Positions 8,299 through 18,507 are shown, counted from the stretch's first letter. The stretch is DNA of 40,380 nucleotides from an uncultured Collinsella sp. (GCA_900551975.1 URYA01000001.1:1-40380), one strand, 5' to 3'. Translations and numbers: made by a program. Notes: generated by a model not told the origin, from the letters alone.

Positions 8299-11136
8299 CT
8301 ATAGCGAAACGGATCCGTTTTTCTTGATGCGGGCGAGTATGTTTTTGAGCTTGTTAAAATCGAGCGGCTTGGGCAGATGGGCGTTCATGCCGGCATCGTG
8401 TGCCGCCTTGGCGTCCTCGGCAAAGGCATTGGCGGTGAGCGCGATGATGGGGATATCGGCTGCATCGATCTTCTCGCTCAGACGAATCGCGCGGGTTGCC
8501 TCGTAGCCGTCCATGCCCGGCATCATAATGTCCATTAGAATCGCATCGAAGCTACCCGCGGGACGGCCAACGTATAGGTCGACCGCTTCGTTGCCGTCGG
8601 CGGCGCGAGTTACGACGATGCCCTCGCTTTCGAGCAGAGCCTGGGCAATCTCGGCATTGAGCTCGTTATCTTCTGCCAAAAGGACGTTCATGCCGGCAAG
8701 CGAGCAGCTGTTTGCCTGGCCGTCCGCACGCTCTCTTGCCCGAGGGTTCTTGTCGATATCGAGCGGAATCTGGACGTTGAACGTACTCCCCACGCCAACC
8801 TCACTCGAAATCTCAATCGTACCGCCCATCAGTTCAATTAGTGACTTGACGATTGGCATGCCCATGCCGGTTCCTTGGAACTTGCTGCGCGCATCGTTAC
8901 CTTCTTGGGCAAACGGCTCATAGATATGTTTTAAGAATTTGGGAGTCATGCCAATGCCGGTATCCGAAACGCTAAAGCAAAAGAGCGCGCGCCCATCATC
9001 GAGCGGCTTGGTCTTTGAGCTAAAGGTGACGGAGCCGCCGTGCTTGTTGTACTTAATGCTGTTGTCTAACAGGTTGATCATGATCTGTCGGATATGGGTG
9101 GGACTGCCGATCATGTATGGCCCCGTGGCGTACGGCAGACTACCGTCCTGCATTGTGATGCCGTTATCGGATGCGCGGAGCTTGCACAGCACCAGCGTAT
9201 CGTCACAGAGCTCTTGGAGGTTAAAAGGCGCATGTTCCAGTGTTAGCTTGCGGTCTTCGATTTTGCCCATCTCGAGGATATCGTTGATCAGCGAGAGCAG
9301 GTGATTGGCGGCAACACGCGCCTTGGCGCGGCTTTCGCGGGCGACTTGCATGTCGCCTTCCTTCAATTCCTCAATTTCGATAAGACCCAGGATGCCGTTG
9401 AGTGGCGTGCGGATGTCGTGGCTCATACGCGTGAGGAATGCCGTCTTGGCGGCGTTGGCGGCGTCGGCTTTCTGCTGTTCTTTCTGCGCACGTTGAAGCG
9501 ACCAGACAAGGATGACGATGCCGGTGAGCAAAATGCAGATGACGACTGCCACAATGACGATGCGGTTGCGGTAGAGAAGTCGGAACGCATCCGATTCTTG
9601 CGCCGAGTACGATGTGGGGGAATAACTGCTTGCAGAGAGCGATTCGCCAGCATTGACGATGCCCTTATTAATGATTCCCAACAGCACGGGCTTGCCGCGC
9701 GAAATCAAACACGATAGCTGTGCCGTGTCGGTGAGCTCCTGTGTTTTGAAATCCTCGATGTCGTAGGTGTCGCGGATGGTTTCCAGACGCGTACTGGGGA
9801 CAATGATGCAACGTGCTTTCCCATTATTGAAGGCTTCGAGCGCCTCGTTGTCATTCGGATATTCGGTTACCTTTGCGTCGGGGAATAGGTTTTCGAGCTC
9901 AAGACGGTTGACGATCGCGTTTGCTGTGCAAGCGATGTTCTTAAGGTCACTGTTCAGGTTGCTGCTGCTGTGAATGGCGGTTAGGGAAACCGTTCCCATC
10001 GGGTTTGACAGGATGACCCCTGCCTGCTCGGCAAGCCAGTAGTCGCGAAACAACGGTAGGGCGACATCGATGGTCCCTTTGGAAAGGGCTTTGGTCATTT
10101 GCTTATTGTCCGAGAACGCTACTGTTGCAACCGTAATGCCAAACTTGTCGTGCAACGTCGTTGCAAGCGAGGCGAGCGATCCTTCCATTTCGCCGTCGTC
10201 ATTTTGCGTGCAGTAGGGGAGATTGTTGTTAAGATAGCCGATCGTGATGGTGTTGTCGTTTGCTTTGAGCCAGGAGCGCTCGGGGCCGGTGAGCGATGAT
10301 GAGCCGCTGTTTTGGGTCGAGTAGCTAGATTTGACTTCGTCGTTATAGCGTGGGTTGACGCGGGCGATTGCCGTCATGGCGGCATTGATGTCGTTCATCA
10401 GATCGGGGCGGCTTTTGGGAACGGCAAAATAGTAGTCACTTGAGCCAACGTAGAACATGGGCGACGCATCGGGCGACGAGATAGTGTCGTTCATAATGAC
10501 GGCGTCGACCTCGCCGTCTGCAAGCGCCTCAAAGAGGGCGCCGCCGGTGCTGATTTCTTTATAGGTACAGGTGATGCCTTCGTTGGCGAGCCACTGCTGG
10601 CCGACGAAGGTTTGCATAGCGCCGGGGTTGTAGCCGATGGTAAGGCCTTGGAGCGCTTGGGGGTCACCCTTGGCCAGGTCGTCGCGATTGGGCTTGGCGT
10701 AGATGTAGTAGCGCTCGGTGCCCTCGGGGTTCGAGGAAAAGAGCAACTTTTGGGCGCGTTCCTCGGAGTAGGAGATGTTGGGCATGAGGTCGATGTCGCC
10801 CGCCTCGAGCATGTCCATAAGCTCGGTGAAGGTGCCGGAGACGTATTCGTACTGCCAGCCCGGCGTGTAGTATGACAGCGTCTGCAGGTAGTCATAACCC
10901 CAGCCCGAAAGGCGCTCGCCCGGCGTGCCCTCCTGGAAGCCTTTGTTGTTGACGAGCCAGCCAACGCGGACCGTCTTGACCTGTTGGTCGGTGTTGGCGG
11001 CATAGGCCTGGACAGGTGCGATGGAATTCAGCACGGTAAGTGCGGCAAGCACAATGGCCAGAGCGCGATATATAACTGAACGAAGGGCGACGGTAGCTCT
11101 CACGTGCAATCCTAACGAATCGAGACAATACCGCAT
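8299..11136 (-). CDS. Hybrid sensor histidine kinase with tandem extracellular SBP-like domains (true start may be GTG at 11103)
   Basis: Signal/TM, two SBP3-like domains, TM, MSHDIRTPLNG, NSIKYN, DTGIGM, GTGMG, receiver LMDIMMP. Confidence 0.93.
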   Translation of the reverse strand: MRYCLDSLGLHVRATVALRSVIYRALAIVLAALTVLNSIAPVQAYAANTDQQVKTVRVGWLVNNKGFQEGTPGERLSGWGYDYLQTLSYYTPGWQYEYVSGTFTELMDMLEAGDIDLMPNISYSEERAQKLLFSSNPEGTERYYIYAKPNRDDLAKGDPQALQGLTIGYNPGAMQTFVGQQWLANEGITCTYKEISTGGALFEALADGEVDAVIMNDTISSPDASPMFYVGSSDYYFAVPKSRPDLMNDINAAMTAIARVNPRYNDEVKSSYSTQNSGSSSLTGPERSWLKANDNTITIGYLNNNLPYCTQNDDGEMEGSLASLATTLHDKFGITVATVAFSDNKQMTKALSKGTIDVALPLFRDYWLAEQAGVILSNPMGTVSLTAIHSSSNLNSDLKNIACTANAIVNRLELENLFPDAKVTEYPNDNEALEAFNNGKARCIIVPSTRLETIRDTYDIEDFKTQELTDTAQLSCLISRGKPVLLGIINKGIVNAGESLSASSYSPTSYSAQESDAFRLLYRNRIVIVAVVICILLTGIVILVWSLQRAQKEQQKADAANAAKTAFLTRMSHDIRTPLNGILGLIEIEELKEGDMQVARESRAKARVAANHLLSLINDILEMGKIEDRKLTLEHAPFNLQELCDDTLVLCKLRASDNGITMQDGSLPYATGPYMIGSPTHIRQIMINLLDNSIKYNKHGGSVTFSSKTKPLDDGRALFCFSVSDTGIGMTPKFLKHIYEPFAQEGNDARSKFQGTGMGMPIVKSLIELMGGTIEISSEVGVGSTFNVQIPLDIDKNPRARERADGQANSCSLAGMNVLLAEDNELNAEIAQALLESEGIVVTRAADGNEAVDLYVGRPAGSFDAILMDIMMPGMDGYEATRAIRLSEKIDAADIPIIALTANAFAEDAKAAHDAGMNAHLPKPLDFNKLKNILARIKKNGSVSL

Positions 11137-11190
11137 AAGGATACCAGCTCAGCCTGCCCAGTCGGCAGCTGTACCGCTAAACGCTCCCGC

Positions 11191-11248
11191 CCGGCAGTTG
11201 GGGACAGTCCCTTTCTGCTGGCACAAAAGGAACGTCCCTAACTGCCGG
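11191..11248. repeat. GGGAC-core hairpin family: inverted doublet
   Basis: CCGGCAGTTGGGGACAGTCCCTTT on + and CCGGCAGTTAGGGACGTTCCTTTT on - strand. Confidence 0.75.
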
Positions 11249-11300
11249 TTGTGGGACAATACCGAGCGAACGTGATTGGGCGTCTGGAAAAGGGGTCGCG

Positions 11301-11726
11301 ATGAACAGGTTAAGGACGCTTGCCGACATACTGCGACAGGCTGGCTTTGCACGCATCACGGGCCTGTTTCTTATCTTTTACCTGCTGTGCTCGACGGCCG
11401 TCTGGCTGTCCGAGCCCACGACCCTTACGTTTGGCGATGGCCTGTGGTTTAGCTTTGAGACGGTCTCGACGATCGGCTTTGGCGATATCCCAGCCGAAAC
11501 GCCGGTTGCCCGCGCTATTACCGTCGTCTTGAGTGTTATCAGCATTTTCTACATCGCCATGCTCACGGGCGTGGCGGTGAACTACTGCAATACGCTCATC
11601 AAGATGCGCCAAAAGGACACTATGGCGCGCTTTATGGATGATCTGGAGCATTTGGAAGAGCTCGATCGCGACGAGCTCGCCGATCTTTCGCGTCGCGTGC
11701 GCGAGTATCGTCGACGCCAGCGCTAG
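11301..11726 (+). CDS. Two-TM potassium channel family protein
   Basis: Pore signature STIGFGD between two hydrophobic helices. Confidence 0.9.
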   Translation: MNRLRTLADILRQAGFARITGLFLIFYLLCSTAVWLSEPTTLTFGDGLWFSFETVSTIGFGDIPAETPVARAITVVLSVISIFYIAMLTGVAVNYCNTLIKMRQKDTMARFMDDLEHLEELDRDELADLSRRVREYRRRQR

Positions 11727-11762
11727 AACGGGCGCCGTGCGTCACGATGAGGGGGACTGAAT

Positions 11763-12296
11763 ATGAATATCACCGTGTATCTGGGTGCCAGCGTCGGTAA
11801 TGACCCGGCGTTTCTGCCCGCGGTGCAGGAGCTGGGCAACTGGATTGGCACCAACGGACACGCGCTGGTATACGGCGGGTCCAAGTCAGGCCTGATGGGT
11901 GCACTCGCCGATAGCGTACTCGAGGCGGGTGGACACGTGACGGGTGTTGAGCCGAGCTTTTTTATCGAGGCCGAGTTTCAACATGACGGTATCGACGACC
12001 TCATCGTGACGAGCGATATGGCCGAGCGCAAAGCCAAGATGATCGAGCTCGGCGATGCGTTCATCGCCTTTCCCGGTGGGACGGGCACGCTCGAGGAGAT
12101 TGCCGAGGTCATGTCCGCGGTATCGTTGGGACACTTGAGCGCGCCGTGCATTCTGTACAACTTGGACGGTTACTACAACGACCTCAAGGCGCTGCTCGGG
12201 CACATGATTAATAAGGGCTTATCGAGCCCGCAGCGCCAGCAAGGCATCTACTTTGCCGACGATTTGCGCGAGATTGCCTCGATTATCAACGGATAA
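11763..12296 (+). CDS. LOG-family nucleotide phosphoribohydrolase
   Basis: LVYGG, GLMG, MAERK, PGGTGTLEE. Confidence 0.92.
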   Translation: MNITVYLGASVGNDPAFLPAVQELGNWIGTNGHALVYGGSKSGLMGALADSVLEAGGHVTGVEPSFFIEAEFQHDGIDDLIVTSDMAERKAKMIELGDAFIAFPGGTGTLEEIAEVMSAVSLGHLSAPCILYNLDGYYNDLKALLGHMINKGLSSPQRQQGIYFADDLREIASIING

Positions 12297-12421
12297 GTCT
12301 TGAGTCTGCCCCACTATGGCTCCCAATGGTGCCGTTTACGGCGTAGATGGTTGGCTCGTTCGGGCAACGCTCACTCTACAATAAAACGTATCTATGTCGA
12401 CTTTGACCGCGGGAGGACCCG

Positions 12422-13726
12422 ATGGATAACCTTGCCAAACCCACGAACCGCGCGCTGTTTTTAGCTAGCGTTGCCGTGACCGGTGCGTTCGCAGGTGCCG
12501 CGGTCTGGCTGTTCTTTTTTGCGATGGAGCACGGTATCGACTATCTATGGACCGAGATTCCGCACGCGCTGGGCGTCGCTTCGCCCGAACTCGCCAGCGG
12601 CCCGTTCGGCTTTTTGCCGTATCCGTTTTTCGTCTGCTTGCTGGGCGGCTTGGTGATTGGCCTGTACGAAAAGATGACAGGCACCAAGACCGATGACCTC
12701 AACCAGGTGATGGCTAAGGTTAAGCAAGACGGTCGCTACCCGTACGACAATCTGGGCAAGCTTTCGCTCGCGGCATTGCTGCCGCTGCTGTTTGGCGGAA
12801 GCATTGGACCGGAGGCCGGTCTGACCGGCGTCATCGCGGGCTTGTGCAGCTGGGTCGGCGACCGCATGCGCCGCTTTGGTGCCGAGTTTAGGGAGCTCAC
12901 GCTGTTGGGCACCCAAGCTGCCCTGACGGCACTCTTTACCGCGCCCGTGTTTGGCTTTGTGGCGCCGCTTGCCGGTAGCGCCGACGGCCAGGGTGCCGGC
13001 GATGGCGACGATTCCGAATCCGGTGAGATAACCATCAAGCTGCCCAAGGCGCAAAAGACCGTGGTTTACGGCATCGCGATTGCGGGCGGTCTGGGCACCT
13101 ATCTGCTGCTCGGTCAGCTCATGGGCGGCGGCATGGGTATGCCGAGGTTCGAGGCTGCCGAGGTGGGTAACCTCGAGCTCGCATGGCTCATCCCCTTGGC
13201 GCTTGTCGGCACGGCTTGCGGCTGGCTGTACTTTGTCTCGGAGCACGCGAGCGAAGCGCTTGCCCATGCAATAGGGGAGCGTCCTGTCGTCAAGGCCATG
13301 CTGGCTGGTCTGGCGCTCGCCATCTGCGGTACAGCTCTGCCCTACACCATGTTTGCCGGCGAGACGCAGGCCGATGTGCTCATGGAAACCTACCTGACCA
13401 TTCCTGCTGGCGTGCTTATCGCGACCGGTCTTGTTAAGGCCATGCTGACCCCGGCTCTCATCAATATGGGCTGGCGCGGCGGCCATTTCTTCCCCGTGAT
13501 TTTCTCAGGCGTGAGCCTGGGCTACGGTTTCGCTCTGCTCACCGGTGCCGATCCGGTCTTTTGCGTCGCCGTCTGCACGGCATCAACGATGGGTGCGGTC
13601 ATGCGTCAGCCGGTCATGGTCGTGGGCCTGCTGCTCATGTGCTTCCCACTTAAGGGTATCGTCTGCATGATCATCGCGGCCGTCATCGCCGCCGGCATTC
13701 CGCTGCCCAAACCGCTGCGCAAGTAG
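12422..13726 (+). CDS. ClC-family chloride channel/antiporter
   Basis: GGSIGPEAG and GGHFFP motifs, multiple TM segments. Confidence 0.88.
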   Translation: MDNLAKPTNRALFLASVAVTGAFAGAAVWLFFFAMEHGIDYLWTEIPHALGVASPELASGPFGFLPYPFFVCLLGGLVIGLYEKMTGTKTDDLNQVMAKVKQDGRYPYDNLGKLSLAALLPLLFGGSIGPEAGLTGVIAGLCSWVGDRMRRFGAEFRELTLLGTQAALTALFTAPVFGFVAPLAGSADGQGAGDGDDSESGEITIKLPKAQKTVVYGIAIAGGLGTYLLLGQLMGGGMGMPRFEAAEVGNLELAWLIPLALVGTACGWLYFVSEHASEALAHAIGERPVVKAMLAGLALAICGTALPYTMFAGETQADVLMETYLTIPAGVLIATGLVKAMLTPALINMGWRGGHFFPVIFSGVSLGYGFALLTGADPVFCVAVCTASTMGAVMRQPVMVVGLLLMCFPLKGIVCMIIAAVIAAGIPLPKPLRK

Positions 13727-13742
13727 CATGGTGGCGCGCGCC

Positions 13743-13762
13743 GGGGACATGCCATTTGTCAC
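13743..13762 (+). repeat. GGGAC-core hairpin family: half/hybrid site
   Basis: GGGGACATGCCAT core + TTGTCAC (right arm as at 29202); no matching left arm. Confidence 0.45.
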
Positions 13763-13816
13763 GGATTTGCGGGGAGGGGCGGCGATCGCGTCCTTCGTGG
13801 ATCGAGGCTCGCGTGG

Positions 13817-14515
13817 CTACAGATCGCGTGCTCGATAAACCTTGATGCTGACAGCGCAGCTGATTGCACATAGCGCGAGGGCCAGTACGGCAATTCCTGC
13901 GCACAGACCGCCAAGGACGGCAGGATCGGGATTCGCTCCGGCAATCGACATGAGCCAGTTGCTAATGGGGTTGGAAGAGCTCAGCATTGCCATGGTACCG
14001 CAGCCCATCAGGGCAAACAGGCCGACGGAAAGGCGCAGCGCCTCCATGTGTCCAAATCGAAAGAACAGCGGCTGTGCCAAAAACACCATCATGAGGGAGA
14101 TGAGCATCGATGCGGCGGAGGCGGTTGCGATTTCAAAGATCGTCTGGCATGTCGAAGGGATGCCCATGGGGTCGAAGAGCGGAAGGGCGAGGATGTTCAG
14201 AAGCGTAGCCGCGCATGCCATGACGACCGAGAAGACAACGATGCACAGGTAGCGTGCGCAAATAATGTCTTTGCGCGAGAAGGGCAACGTTGCTCGATAC
14301 CGCTCCCAGCCGTTTTGGTTGTCGTAGCCAGCTAGCGAGTTCATGATTATGATGGGCGACATTGCGCTGGCCGCACAGGCGCCGGCGCTCATGCCGGAAT
14401 CGCCGTCCGATGCGTTGGCAAGGGTTAGCACGATGAAGATGAACAGTCCGACGCCCGCAATGCTCGGGATGAGCGTGCGAGCGATGGCGAGCTCGGACAT
14501 AAAGGCGCGTTTCAT
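13817..14515 (-). CDS. ABC-2 type transporter permease
   Basis: Hydrophobic, WERYRATLPFSRKDII motif; overlaps ATPase stop. Confidence 0.88.
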   Translation of the reverse strand: MKRAFMSELAIARTLIPSIAGVGLFIFIVLTLANASDGDSGMSAGACAASAMSPIIIMNSLAGYDNQNGWERYRATLPFSRKDIICARYLCIVVFSVVMACAATLLNILALPLFDPMGIPSTCQTIFEIATASAASMLISLMMVFLAQPLFFRFGHMEALRLSVGLFALMGCGTMAMLSSSNPISNWLMSIAGANPDPAVLGGLCAGIAVLALALCAISCAVSIKVYRARDL

Positions 14516-15393
14516 TTCGAAGCCCCTTTCAGCATGAGGCGCAGATAGTCATCAATGGTTGCCCGATCGCAGGGAATCTCGGGAAAGGCCTCGAGCGCTT
14601 CGCGACGGTTGGGCACGAGCACGTCCACGCTGTAGGCGTGGCGGGCGGCATGGGCACCTTCGACGCAAGCCATAAGCTCGGCGGCCTGGGCTTGGGTGCA
14701 GTGGGCGATGCCGGCTCGGTCGGTAATGTCCTCGCGCGGCAGGTCAAACACAATCGAGCCGTTATCGATGCAGATGACGCGGTCGGCGGCGCGATCGAGG
14801 TCGGACGTAATGTGGCTCGAGAGTAACACGCTGTGCTGGCCGTCGGCGACAAAGGCAAGCAGCTCATCGAGCAGTTCCTCGCGCGCCATGGGATCGAGGC
14901 CCGCGGTGGCTTCGTCCAAAAGGAGTAGCTTGGCATTATGGCTGAGTGCACAGGCAAGCTGCAGTTTCATGCCCATGCCGCGGGAGAGGTCCTTGACCTT
15001 TGTCTTGGGATCGAGGCCAAATCGGTCGATGAATCCGGCGAACGTTTTGCGGTCCCACGTGGGGTACGCCGGACTTACAAGTGCCTCGATCTCGCCAACC
15101 TTGAGCGTGGAAGGGAAGGGACACGTGTCCAGGACGAGACCGATGTGGGAGCGCAGGTGGCGTTGCGATTCATCGGGCGCGTCGGCGCCACAGCGCTGCC
15201 CAAACAGGTGCACCTCGCCGGTATCGAGCTTTATAAGCCCGAGCGCGGCGCGAATGGTCGTTGTCTTGCCGGCACCGTTAGCGCCCACAAAGCCAACGAT
15301 CTGGCCGGGCTCCACAGCGAGCGTGACATCACGCAGTGAAAAGCGGTCGCTTACAGTGCGTGAGATGCCTTTGAGTTCTAAAAGGTTTTGCAT
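14512..15393 (-). CDS. ABC transporter ATP-binding protein (YtrB-like)
   Basis: GANGAGKT, LSRGM, LLLLDE, SSH; AAAGG SD before ATG at 15393. Confidence 0.93.
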   Translation of the reverse strand: MQNLLELKGISRTVSDRFSLRDVTLAVEPGQIVGFVGANGAGKTTTIRAALGLIKLDTGEVHLFGQRCGADAPDESQRHLRSHIGLVLDTCPFPSTLKVGEIEALVSPAYPTWDRKTFAGFIDRFGLDPKTKVKDLSRGMGMKLQLACALSHNAKLLLLDEATAGLDPMAREELLDELLAFVADGQHSVLLSSHITSDLDRAADRVICIDNGSIVFDLPREDITDRAGIAHCTQAQAAELMACVEGAHAARHAYSVDVLVPNRREALEAFPEIPCDRATIDDYLRLMLKGASK

Positions 15394-15416
15394 GGTATAG
15401 CCTTTCTTGCAGATGG

Positions 15417-15797
15417 CTACTGCATGGTTTCGGGGGCTACGAGGTCGAGCATCTCGTGCAGCTTGTCGCGCGTGACGCCCAGGGCTTCGGCTTGGCTCGC
15501 CGCTTTCGCAAGTAGCTCTTCGATATGGCAGAGCTGGTTTTCGCGCAAGAGCTCCTGGTTGCCCTCGGCGACAAAGCACCCCTTGCCCTGCACGGTGCAG
15601 ATAAACCCGAGCTGCTCCAAGTCGGCGTAGGCGCGCTTGGTGGTGATAACGCTCACACTCAGGTCGCTGGCAAGCGCACGGATACTGGGGAGTTTGGCTC
15701 CCGCAGCGAGTGCGCCCGATAGGATCTGAGCTTTGACTTGCGAGGCTATCTGCTCGTAGATGGGCTTGTCGCTCGAATTGGATAGGATGATGTCCAC
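15417..15797 (-). CDS. GntR-family regulator, YtrA subfamily
   Basis: PIYEQI, LPSIRALA, VSVITTKRAY, QGKGCFV; short C-terminus; heads ABC operon. Confidence 0.93.
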   Translation of the reverse strand: MDIILSNSSDKPIYEQIASQVKAQILSGALAAGAKLPSIRALASDLSVSVITTKRAYADLEQLGFICTVQGKGCFVAEGNQELLRENQLCHIEELLAKAASQAEALGVTRDKLHEMLDLVAPETMQ

Positions 15798-15824
15798 AGC
15801 GGCTCCTTAGCTGTTGGGCTACAC

Positions 15825-15858
15825 GTGTATATAACCGGTAAGCACAGTATATATACAC
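15825..15858. promoter_or_regulatory. Putative YtrA/GntR operator
   Basis: GTGTATATA-N16-TATATACAC inverted repeat upstream of GntR gene. Confidence 0.65.
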
Positions 15859-16014
15859 TATGCACAGTTATGCAAGAGGCAAATACAGATTGGGCCGGCT
15901 ACCCAGGCCCCAACTGATGAATTTGTCCTGATAGGCGCCCTATGGCGAGGTTTCACGGCTACAATAGGGCAGTTACATCGACGTAATGCATATAGAACGC
16001 AAGAAAGGATCCGC

Positions 16015-17628
16015 ATGGCAAGCCTGTCGGATGAAATCTCGTCGCGCCGCACATTCGCGATCATCAGCCACCCGGACGCCGGTAAGACCACACTTACCGA
16101 GAAGCTGCTGCTCTATACCGGCAGCATCCAGACCGCCGGCTCGGTCAAGGGCAAGAGCTCGGCCAAGCATGCCGTCTCGGACTGGATGGACATCGAGAAG
16201 GAGCGCGGCATTTCCGTTACCTCCTCGGTACTGCAGTTCACCTACAACGGTGCCTGCGTCAACATCCTCGATACCCCCGGCCACCAGGACTTTTCGGAGG
16301 ATACCTACCGTACCCTTATGGCCGCCGACGCCGCGGTCATGGTCATCGACGGCGCCAAGGGCGTCGAGGCCCAGACCAAAAAGCTCTTTAAGGTCTGTAC
16401 ACTGCGCCATATCCCCATCTTCACCTTTGTGAACAAGCTCGACCACGAGGCCCGCGATCCGTTTGAGCTCATGGAGGAGATCGAGAACGTCCTGGGCATC
16501 AATACGTACCCCATGAACTGGCCGATTGGCAGCGGCCGTAACTTCCGCGGTGTGTTCGACCGCCAGACCCGTCGCGTTATCGCCTTTGAGGGCGACGGCC
16601 ACGCCAACGCCACCAAGAAGGTCGCCGAGGTCGAGGCCGAGCTGGGCGATCCTGCCATGGATGAGCTTATTGGCGAGGAAAACCATAAGAACCTGATGGA
16701 CGACATCGAGCTGCTCGATGGCGCCGGCGACGAGCTCGACTTGGATGCCGTGGCCTGCGGCAAGCTGAGCCCGGCGTTCTTTGGCTCGGCGCTTACCAAC
16801 TTTGGCGTGGAGCCCTTCCTCAAGGAGTTCCTGCGCCTGGCCCCGACGCCGCGCGCCTACACCGACACGCTCACCAGCGAGCCGGTCGATCCTTGCCGCG
16901 ACGACTTTAGTGGCTTCGTGTTTAAGATCCAGGCCAACATGGACAAGAACCACCGCGACCGCATCGCCTTTGTGCGCATTTGCTCGGGCAAGTTCGAGCG
17001 CGGCATGGACGCCTTCCACGTGCAGGGCAACCGCAAGCTCAAGCTTGCCACGGGCACGTCGATGATGGCCGATGACCGCGCCATCGTGGACGAGGCGTAC
17101 GCGGGCGATATCGTAGGCCTGTTCGATCCGGGTATCTTTAGCATCGGCGACACCGTGTGCTCCGGCAAGCGCCACGTGCAGTATCCGCAGATCCCGACGT
17201 TTGCCCCCGAGATGTTCGCTCGCATTACGCAGGTCGACACGCTCAAGCGCAAGCAGTTCGTTAAGGGTATGGAGGAGCTTGCCCAGGAGGGTGCCATCCA
17301 GATCTTCCGCGAGCTGGGTGCCGGCATGGAGAGCGTCATCGTGGGCGTGGTCGGCGTGCTGCAGTTTGAGGTACTCGAGCGCCGCCTCAAGGCCGAGTAC
17401 CGTGTTGAGGTTCGTCGCCAGCCACTGCCCTATACGGACATCCGCTGGATCCAGAACGACCCCGACACCATCGATATCCCGGGCCTTTCGCTCACGCGCG
17501 ACACGCTGCGTGTCGAGGACATGCGCGGCGGTAAGCTGCTGCTGTTCACGAGTCCGTGGAACGTGGGTTGGGCAACCGACCACAACCCCGATCTTATCCT
17601 GTCGGAGTTTGGCAACGTAGCCTTTTAA
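16015..17628 (+). CDS. prfC: Peptide chain release factor 3
   Basis: RRTFAIISHPDAGKTT, SDWM, DTPGHQDFSEDTYR, FKIQANMD. Confidence 0.98.
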   Translation: MASLSDEISSRRTFAIISHPDAGKTTLTEKLLLYTGSIQTAGSVKGKSSAKHAVSDWMDIEKERGISVTSSVLQFTYNGACVNILDTPGHQDFSEDTYRTLMAADAAVMVIDGAKGVEAQTKKLFKVCTLRHIPIFTFVNKLDHEARDPFELMEEIENVLGINTYPMNWPIGSGRNFRGVFDRQTRRVIAFEGDGHANATKKVAEVEAELGDPAMDELIGEENHKNLMDDIELLDGAGDELDLDAVACGKLSPAFFGSALTNFGVEPFLKEFLRLAPTPRAYTDTLTSEPVDPCRDDFSGFVFKIQANMDKNHRDRIAFVRICSGKFERGMDAFHVQGNRKLKLATGTSMMADDRAIVDEAYAGDIVGLFDPGIFSIGDTVCSGKRHVQYPQIPTFAPEMFARITQVDTLKRKQFVKGMEELAQEGAIQIFRELGAGMESVIVGVVGVLQFEVLERRLKAEYRVEVRRQPLPYTDIRWIQNDPDTIDIPGLSLTRDTLRVEDMRGGKLLLFTSPWNVGWATDHNPDLILSEFGNVAF

Positions 17629-17631
17629 CGC

Positions 17632-17667
17632 ATCGGCGCGGTGGCCCTGCGGGGCTGCCGCGCCGAT
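17632..17667 (+). terminator. Stem-loop after prfC
   Basis: ATCGGCGCGGTGGCCC-TGCG-GGGCTGCCGCGCCGAT. Confidence 0.65.
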
Positions 17668-17670
17668 TGC

Positions 17671-17699
17671 TTGCCTGATGCCGTGTGAGCGGCTATCAT
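17671..17699 (+). promoter_or_regulatory. Putative sigma70 promoter of VUT-SDR operon
   Basis: TTGCCT-17 nt-TATCAT. Confidence 0.6.
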
Positions 17700-17728
17700 A
17701 CCCACCGTCGTCTCAAGACCGGGGCGTC

Positions 17729-17778
17729 CGAGCAGTTCGGGTCCGATATCCTGCTCGTTAAACCTAAAACCAAAGGAG
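17729..17778 (+). ncRNA. Candidate preQ1-I-like riboswitch
   Basis: CGAGCAG/CTGCTCG stem, loop UUCG...AUC, A-rich tail running into AAAGGAG SD, upstream of a VUT gene. Confidence 0.4.
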
Positions 17779-17784
17779 TACATA

Positions 17785-18507
17785 ATGATCAAGAAGGTCA
17801 TGGAGGACTACAAGGTCCTGTTGCGGAGCATTCCCGCGGCAACGGTTTCGCTGTTTTTCGTGAGCGTCATCATGATGAACCTGCTCGCCAACAAAGAGCT
17901 TATCAGTCTGCCGTATCTGGCACTCGATTGCGGCTTTGTGGTGAGCTGGGTTTCGTTTTTGTGCCAGGACATGATCTGCAAGCGCTTTGGCGCCAAGGCA
18001 TCCATCAAAATCTCCATCCTCGCGCTACTGGTCAATCTGGCCGTGAGCCTGTGCTTTTGGGCATGTTCGCTCACGCCCGGCATGTGGGGTGCCTACTACG
18101 ACACGGGCATGATCGAGGTCAACACCGCCCTTAACGCCACCATCGGCGGCACCTGGTACGTGGTGCTGGGCTCTTCGCTGGCAATGCTCGTCTCTGCCGT
18201 GGTTAACTCCACGCTCAACCAGTCGCTCGGCCGCATGCTCAAAAAGAATAATTTTGCGAGCTTCGCCTTCCGCTCCTATGTGTCCACGGGTGTTGGCCAG
18301 TTTATCGACAACCTGGTCTTCGCCATCGTGGTGAGCCACACGTTCTTTGGTTGGACCTGGGTGCAGGTCCTCATGTGCTCGCTGACCGGCGCTGTTGCCG
18401 AGCTGCTGTGCGAGGTCTTCCTGAGCCCCGTGGGCTACAAGGTCGTGCGCGGCTGGGAGCGCGAGAATGTGGGTTCCGAGTACCTCGAGCGCCACGCAAC
18501 CGCCTAA
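17785..18507 (+). CDS. VUT (YhhQ-like) queuosine-precursor transporter family protein
   Basis: NLLANK, DMICKRFG, RSYVSTGVGQFIDNLVF; several TM segments. Confidence 0.85.
   Translation: MIKKVMEDYKVLLRSIPAATVSLFFVSVIMMNLLANKELISLPYLALDCGFVVSWVSFLCQDMICKRFGAKASIKISILALLVNLAVSLCFWACSLTPGMWGAYYDTGMIEVNTALNATIGGTWYVVLGSSLAMLVSAVVNSTLNQSLGRMLKKNNFASFAFRSYVSTGVGQFIDNLVFAIVVSHTFFGWTWVQVLMCSLTGAVAELLCEVFLSPVGYKVVRGWERENVGSEYLERHATA

Noticed and set aside
12297..12421. Fluoride riboswitch / fluoride-type ClC
   Set aside because: No crcB-motif-like sequence recognised, and the protein lacks the GNNLI/GREGT/GEVTP signatures.
15973..17583. Long antisense/alternate-frame ORFs (here and at 3200-4255, 27716-28963, 34715-36190 etc.)
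   Set aside because: Shadow ORFs of high-GC genes; no motifs, and they fully overlap well-supported CDSs.
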